From positions 32,001 through 96,000 of the forward strand of contig JAOPTT010000009.1 in the NCBI GenBank assembly GCA_051531975.1: a DNA stretch of 64,000 bases. Direction: 5' to 3'. This stretch comes from Spirochaetaceae bacterium (GTDB taxonomy: Bacteria; Spirochaetota; Spirochaetia; DSM-2461). A program made the translations under genes and the position numbers. Below the pieces are notes generated by a model. It was given only the letters and a program-made list of their open reading frames with translations. It did not search any database and was not told the origin of the DNA. Positions within the stretch are counted from its first letter, which is position 1. Each line of letters starts with the position of its first letter. This document shows, one piece after another, positions 59,637 through 64,000 of the stretch.

Positions 59637-60341
59637 CTATGTTAAAATTTTATATAGCTCTTTTTCTAGCTCTAATAAGTTTGGGTTATGCAAAGTTCTT
59701 TGGGTATGGGGGATTGGATTTGTTATATGTTTTTTAATAGTAACAGGTCTCTTTGAAAGAACTATTATTTCATCTCCTAACAATATAGCTTCGTGGATGT
59801 CGTGGGTTACAAAGATTGCTGTTCTCTCCTCTTTTCTCCACAAATTATTAAATAGTTTAAACAGATTTAATTTTAATGCTAAGTCTAAACCTTTAAAAGG
59901 TTCATCCATTAATATTGAATTAGAAGGATAAGCAAATGCTCTAGCAATAGATACCCTTTGTCTCATTCCTCCACTTAGCTGATTTGGATAATAGTTTTTA
60001 AACTCAAAAAGTTCTAACTGTTCTAAGTAATATTGTACTCTTTTATTGGCCCCATCTAATGGCAGATTATCTAAAACAAATTTAATGTTCTGCTCTGTAG
60101 TTTTCCATGGCAGAAGCCTAGGTTCCTGATAGATGTAACTTAGTTCAAAGTTATCTGGAAGTTGTATAACTCCACTATCAGGTTTTAATGTATTAGAAAT
60201 TAAGTTCAGTAGAGTTGTTTTTCCACAGCCAGATGGACCTAATATTACAGTTACTTTACCTTTGTTTATGGTTAGATTTAGATCTGTAAAAATAGGAAGA
60301 TCCTTATAGGTGAAGTTTATGTTATTTAATTTAATGTCCAT
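59637..60341 (-). CDS. NitT/TauT-type ABC importer ATP-binding subunit
   Basis: GPSGCGKT, QEPRLLPW, YP.QLSGGMRQR, MDEPF, VTHD. Confidence 0.92.
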   Translation of the reverse strand: MDIKLNNINFTYKDLPIFTDLNLTINKGKVTVILGPSGCGKTTLLNLISNTLKPDSGVIQLPDNFELSYIYQEPRLLPWKTTEQNIKFVLDNLPLDGANKRVQYYLEQLELFEFKNYYPNQLSGGMRQRVSIARAFAYPSNSILMDEPFKGLDLALKLNLFKLFNNLWRKEERTAIFVTHDIHEAILLGDEIIVLSKRPVTIKKHITNPIPHTQRTLHNPNLLELEKELYKILT

Positions 60342-61072
60342 TTCTTCTTCCATATATTAAAAATCTTTTCGGTTATTACACTTAATAGTATAGCTATTAC
60401 AGTCCAGGCGAATACTTCTTCTGTTACTAAAAAAGCTTTTGCTTCGTTTAAACTTGTACCAATACCCCATTCCGGCTGACTAATAACTTCTGCTGCAACA
60501 ATAACTTTCCAAATTACACCTAAAGATAGAGAGGCCCCTGCTAAAATAAATGGTATGATAGATGGTATATATATTTGGAATACCTGTTTCTTTAGTGGTA
60601 TTTTGTATGTATTAGCCATATCTAAAAGATTTTGGTCCACTGTTGTTAATCCCTCTATTACATTGCCACATACAATTGGAAATGCCATTAAAAAAGCGAC
60701 AAAAATAGGCACATAGTTAACGTTAAACCATATAAGTGCTAATAAAATAACTGATATAACAGGGGTAGTTCTAATTACTGAAATTATAGGCCTAACAAAG
60801 AGACTAAATTTAGGGAATATTCCGGCTAATACACCTACAATTAAACCTGCAGAAAATGATATTAGAAACCCTATAGTCCCACGTAATAGAGTAGTCCCAA
60901 CTTGGATAATAAAACCTTTTTGAAATGTAATGGATATTAGAGATTTTAATACTACGAGTGGGGATGGAAGTATAACTTCCGCCCCAATAATAAGGGCAGA
61001 AACCTTCCATATGATAATTAGTATTGTGATAGAAAGTAGAGATAGTAGATGTTTTCTACCTATTCTTTTCAC
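60326..61072 (-). CDS. NitT/TauT-type ABC importer permease
   Basis: ILPSP, R.TP, WKVIVAAEV, GIG; six TM. Confidence 0.9.
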   Translation of the reverse strand: MKRIGRKHLLSLLSITILIIIWKVSALIIGAEVILPSPLVVLKSLISITFQKGFIIQVGTTLLRGTIGFLISFSAGLIVGVLAGIFPKFSLFVRPIISVIRTTPVISVILLALIWFNVNYVPIFVAFLMAFPIVCGNVIEGLTTVDQNLLDMANTYKIPLKKQVFQIYIPSIIPFILAGASLSLGVIWKVIVAAEVISQPEWGIGTSLNEAKAFLVTEEVFAWTVIAILLSVITEKIFNIWKKKWTLN

Positions 61073-61075
61073 AGA

Positions 61076-62014
61076 TTACCTCTTAATGTCCATGTAAAAA
61101 TCGTCTGAAGGCATAGAACCACCAATAGATTTAGGATCAGATTCAAAAAGAACTTTATAATATGTCTCTAGGCCAGCTTTAGCTTCTTGGGCATTAATAA
61201 AACCTAAGTTAAGCCTAGGCATTGCTTTTGTTATAAGTGGTCCAGTTACTCCAAGTTTTACAGCAGCACCTTTTTGACCAGCTTCCATTGGATTTTTTAT
61301 AACCCAGTTTATTGAATTTTCTAACTCTTTTAAAAATATTTTAACAACTTCAGGATGCTCTATAATTAGAGATTTTTTTACAACAATACAAGATAGAGGG
61401 TAATCACCAAACTCTTTCTGGAAATCTAAAACTACCTTCATTTTTCTGTTTTTTAATAAAACCTTAGTAATTAGAGGTTCAGGTAGAATTCCAGTTTCTA
61501 CTTTGTTTCCAATTAACATAGGGGCTAAAGCAACATGATTATATGTATAATCAACATCAACATCTGTTTTTGGAGCTAAACCATTTTTATTTAAAAGGTT
61601 ATTAAAAAGAAAGCCAGGAGTAGAAGATCTAGCAATGTTATATACTTTTTTGCCTTTTAAGTCTTTCCAAGTTTTAATATCATCTCTACTACTAATTACA
61701 TATAAAGTACCATTACCTGTAACTGCAGCTAGTTCATAATCTGACTTTTTATTGAAGATTATAGCAGCTAAATTTGTAGGTAGTGCAGCAATGTCATAAG
61801 AACCTGATAGTAGTCCCGCTGTAACTAGTTGAGGTGTATTAACTATACTATATTCTACTTTAGTATTGTCCCCAAAGTTTTTATTCCCATGTATAAGATT
61901 AACCATGGAGAGTCCTGTTGGTCCCTTTAAAGCTGCTACATTTATTTTAATATCTTCTGCAAAGATACCTGTAGTCAGAATTAAAGAAAGAACCAAAAAG
62001 TGTAGTTTTTTCAT
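61076..62014 (-). CDS. NitT/TauT-type ABC importer substrate-binding protein
   Basis: Signal peptide; LKGPTG, A.LPTN.AA, LPEP, IGG.MP.DDFY. Confidence 0.88.
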   Translation of the reverse strand: MKKLHFLVLSLILTTGIFAEDIKINVAALKGPTGLSMVNLIHGNKNFGDNTKVEYSIVNTPQLVTAGLLSGSYDIAALPTNLAAIIFNKKSDYELAAVTGNGTLYVISSRDDIKTWKDLKGKKVYNIARSSTPGFLFNNLLNKNGLAPKTDVDVDYTYNHVALAPMLIGNKVETGILPEPLITKVLLKNRKMKVVLDFQKEFGDYPLSCIVVKKSLIIEHPEVVKIFLKELENSINWVIKNPMEAGQKGAAVKLGVTGPLITKAMPRLNLGFINAQEAKAGLETYYKVLFESDPKSIGGSMPSDDFYMDIKR

Positions 62015-62066
62015 CTGTTATTCCTTCTATTTAGTATTGTTAGATTATATATAACTCTTTATAAAT

Positions 62067-62092
62067 AAAAAAGCCTCTGTAATACAGAGGCT
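62067..62092 (-). terminator. Rho-independent terminator
   Basis: AGCCTCTGTA-A-TACAGAGGCT with an A-tract on the left (U-tract on the minus strand). Confidence 0.85.
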
Positions 62093-62112
62093 ATGTGTTA
62101 ATTAAATTTTGT

Positions 62113-63534
62113 TTATATTGCTACAATGATACTTGCTCCAAGAGCTAAACCTTCAGTATTTGTTTGAAAGTCAGGTAAGAAAAAGTAGTGTGCATTAAAG
62201 TTTAATGATACAGGACCTAATCCTATACCAAGACCAGCACTAATTCTTGGATTGATAAATGATGGGCTATAATCTTCGCTATAAGGGAACTCCATACCAG
62301 AACCTTCTATAACTTCTTCTATAACACCTGTTAATAATTTTGTAGTAAAACTATCATCTTGTGACGAATCAACGTCGAAACTAATATTTGTTTTACCAAA
62401 TTTAAGATCGGCACCAGCTGCTACTTTTAGAGTTAATACAGACATTACTTTAATACCAGTAGATACTTCTAAAGGAATTGTAAAGGCTGTATTTGTTAAA
62501 GAAAACTCTGCAGATAGTAGTGGTTCTCCACCTGTATCTGGAGCATCTGGAGCTAATAAACTAGTAAGATCACTTGTTGCTACAATGTCATATCCAGTAT
62601 AAATAAAACCAGAACCTAAAGAAACTCCAGTCCATTTAAGGATAATAGGAATTCCCCAAGACTTAATTAATTGATAATTTGCTGTAATACCAAATATTTG
62701 GCTTGTCATTACAGCTTCCATTGGTAAGTCTTCTATTGGCTCATCACTAAGAGTAATCTCAGTTCCTAGGATATCAATACCAATACCATCGCTTCCTGCT
62801 GTCATGCTTAAAGATCCAAAAACAACACCAAGATACAGTCGATCTACTAACCAGCTAAAGTTAAGTCCAACATTTGCTGAAAATCCTTGTAGACCTATAC
62901 CTAAAGATAGACCTTCATCTTCTAGTAGGGTTGTAAGATCATCCATTGTTGATGAACCTGTAAAATATCCAAGTGCTGTCTGTGAAATTTCAGAACTATA
63001 AGATACTGAACCTAATATACCTACTTGAACTGCAAATAGTTTATATCCTTGTAATCCAAACATTGAACTAGCTACTGAAGTTTGAGCATTTGCATCTGCA
63101 AAACCAGATAAAACACTTAACGTATTACCTAGTGCATCTATTGCCTCGGTTAATGCTGCTGTATCTCCATTAGCTAATACTTCATCTGCTATTTGTGATA
63201 TTATAGCGTCAGCAACCATATCATCAACAATATCAAAATCAAACGCATCGTCATTTTCTAGATCTTCTAATGTTGTCCAGTTTCCAGCATCAATTCCCTC
63301 TACAATGTCTAAAGTGCTATTAACTTGGTCAACTGTATAACCCTCTTCGTAAAGTGAAATTTCTATTTCAGCAACTGCTGCGGCATCAATAGTTCCTGCA
63401 AAAGCAGACAGGTCAACATCAGCTGAGTTCCCACTATTTAAAGCTTCTAACATTGCTTCCATGTCTAATGCTTGAGCAGAAATGGCTCCAACAGATAAAA
63501 ACATAATAATTAAAAAAGTTAGTATTTTTTTCAT
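62113..63534 (-). CDS. Acidic exported protein with probable C-terminal outer-membrane beta-barrel
   Basis: Signal peptide (..AISA-Q); acidic helical N-domain; alternating amphipathic strands in the C-terminal two-thirds; AAGGAG RBS. Confidence 0.6.
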   Translation of the reverse strand: MKKILTFLIIMFLSVGAISAQALDMEAMLEALNSGNSADVDLSAFAGTIDAAAVAEIEISLYEEGYTVDQVNSTLDIVEGIDAGNWTTLEDLENDDAFDFDIVDDMVADAIISQIADEVLANGDTAALTEAIDALGNTLSVLSGFADANAQTSVASSMFGLQGYKLFAVQVGILGSVSYSSEISQTALGYFTGSSTMDDLTTLLEDEGLSLGIGLQGFSANVGLNFSWLVDRLYLGVVFGSLSMTAGSDGIGIDILGTEITLSDEPIEDLPMEAVMTSQIFGITANYQLIKSWGIPIILKWTGVSLGSGFIYTGYDIVATSDLTSLLAPDAPDTGGEPLLSAEFSLTNTAFTIPLEVSTGIKVMSVLTLKVAAGADLKFGKTNISFDVDSSQDDSFTTKLLTGVIEEVIEGSGMEFPYSEDYSPSFINPRISAGLGIGLGPVSLNFNAHYFFLPDFQTNTEGLALGASIIVAI

Positions 63535-64000
63535 ATCTATAATCTCCTTATATTTTTTATTGATAGTTTCTTCGATTATAATTATATACTATGTATAACC
63601 AAAATGTAATTAAAAGTGCACTTAATAGGTAATTAATTGTAAATTAATACAAACTTTGTTCGATGGAACTAATTCTGCAAGTTTTACATTTTAGTATTGT
63701 TGATTCGTAAGAGTCTATTAACAAAAGTCCAACACTGTTATAAATATACTCTTTTAAACTGTCCTGAACTTGCTGAAATAGTATAGGAGTAACCAGAGAG
63801 ACAACAAAAATAAGAGGGTGACTTTTTTTTATAATAAATTGGGTTGCCCAGAAATATCCTTGAATGTTTTTAGCTATTTTACTTCCAGTTTTTATATGGG
63901 GAATATATTCTTTTATCCCACTGGTTCCTAAAAAATCATTAATATCTATAACTAATTTCAAAGGTATTTTATCTAATAAATCCTTCGATGCCGGAATAGT

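Noticed and set aside
63644..63961. 105-aa minus-strand ORF at the window edge
   Set aside because: TTG start, no recognisable motif and truncated context; cannot be supported.
1..64000. CRISPR arrays, rRNA/tRNA genes, IS elements, integrases, prophage genes, dif site
   Set aside because: No regularly spaced repeats, structured GC-rich RNA genes, transposase or integrase motifs, or convincing dif match were seen by eye.

Overview
AT-rich bacterial chromosomal segment, most consistent with a free-living spirochaete (inferred from CheX, lipoprotein-type binding proteins and cytoplasmic LacI-domain kinases). It holds about 65 accessory and housekeeping genes (GNATs, transporters, signalling proteins, argS). 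No rRNA, tRNA, CRISPR array or intact mobile element was seen. The standout is a compact operon at about 13.5-20.2 kb that looks like an undescribed lipoprotein-type RiPP system. It encodes three radical SAM/SPASM enzymes and one SPASM-like accessory protein. Its 68-aa precursor has a Tat-like signal, a lipobox and a core with 14 Tyr in 27 residues. It carries its own tatA and tatC, a TatB-like domain fused to one of the radical SAM enzymes, and a DxD glycosyltransferase-like gene. A GtrA/GT2/GT-C glycosylation module lies just upstream. Other notable items: a sigma54-type operon cheY-cheX-(Amt-PAS-Hpt-HATPase fusion)-adenylate cyclase; a stand-alone C-A-T-R NRPS; a DnaA-box cluster with no dnaA nearby; a leader peptide and hairpin ahead of a heterodimeric ABC exporter; many apparently leaderless promoters; and two deletion-scarred pseudogenes. 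All calls come from reading motifs by eye; no database searches were run.
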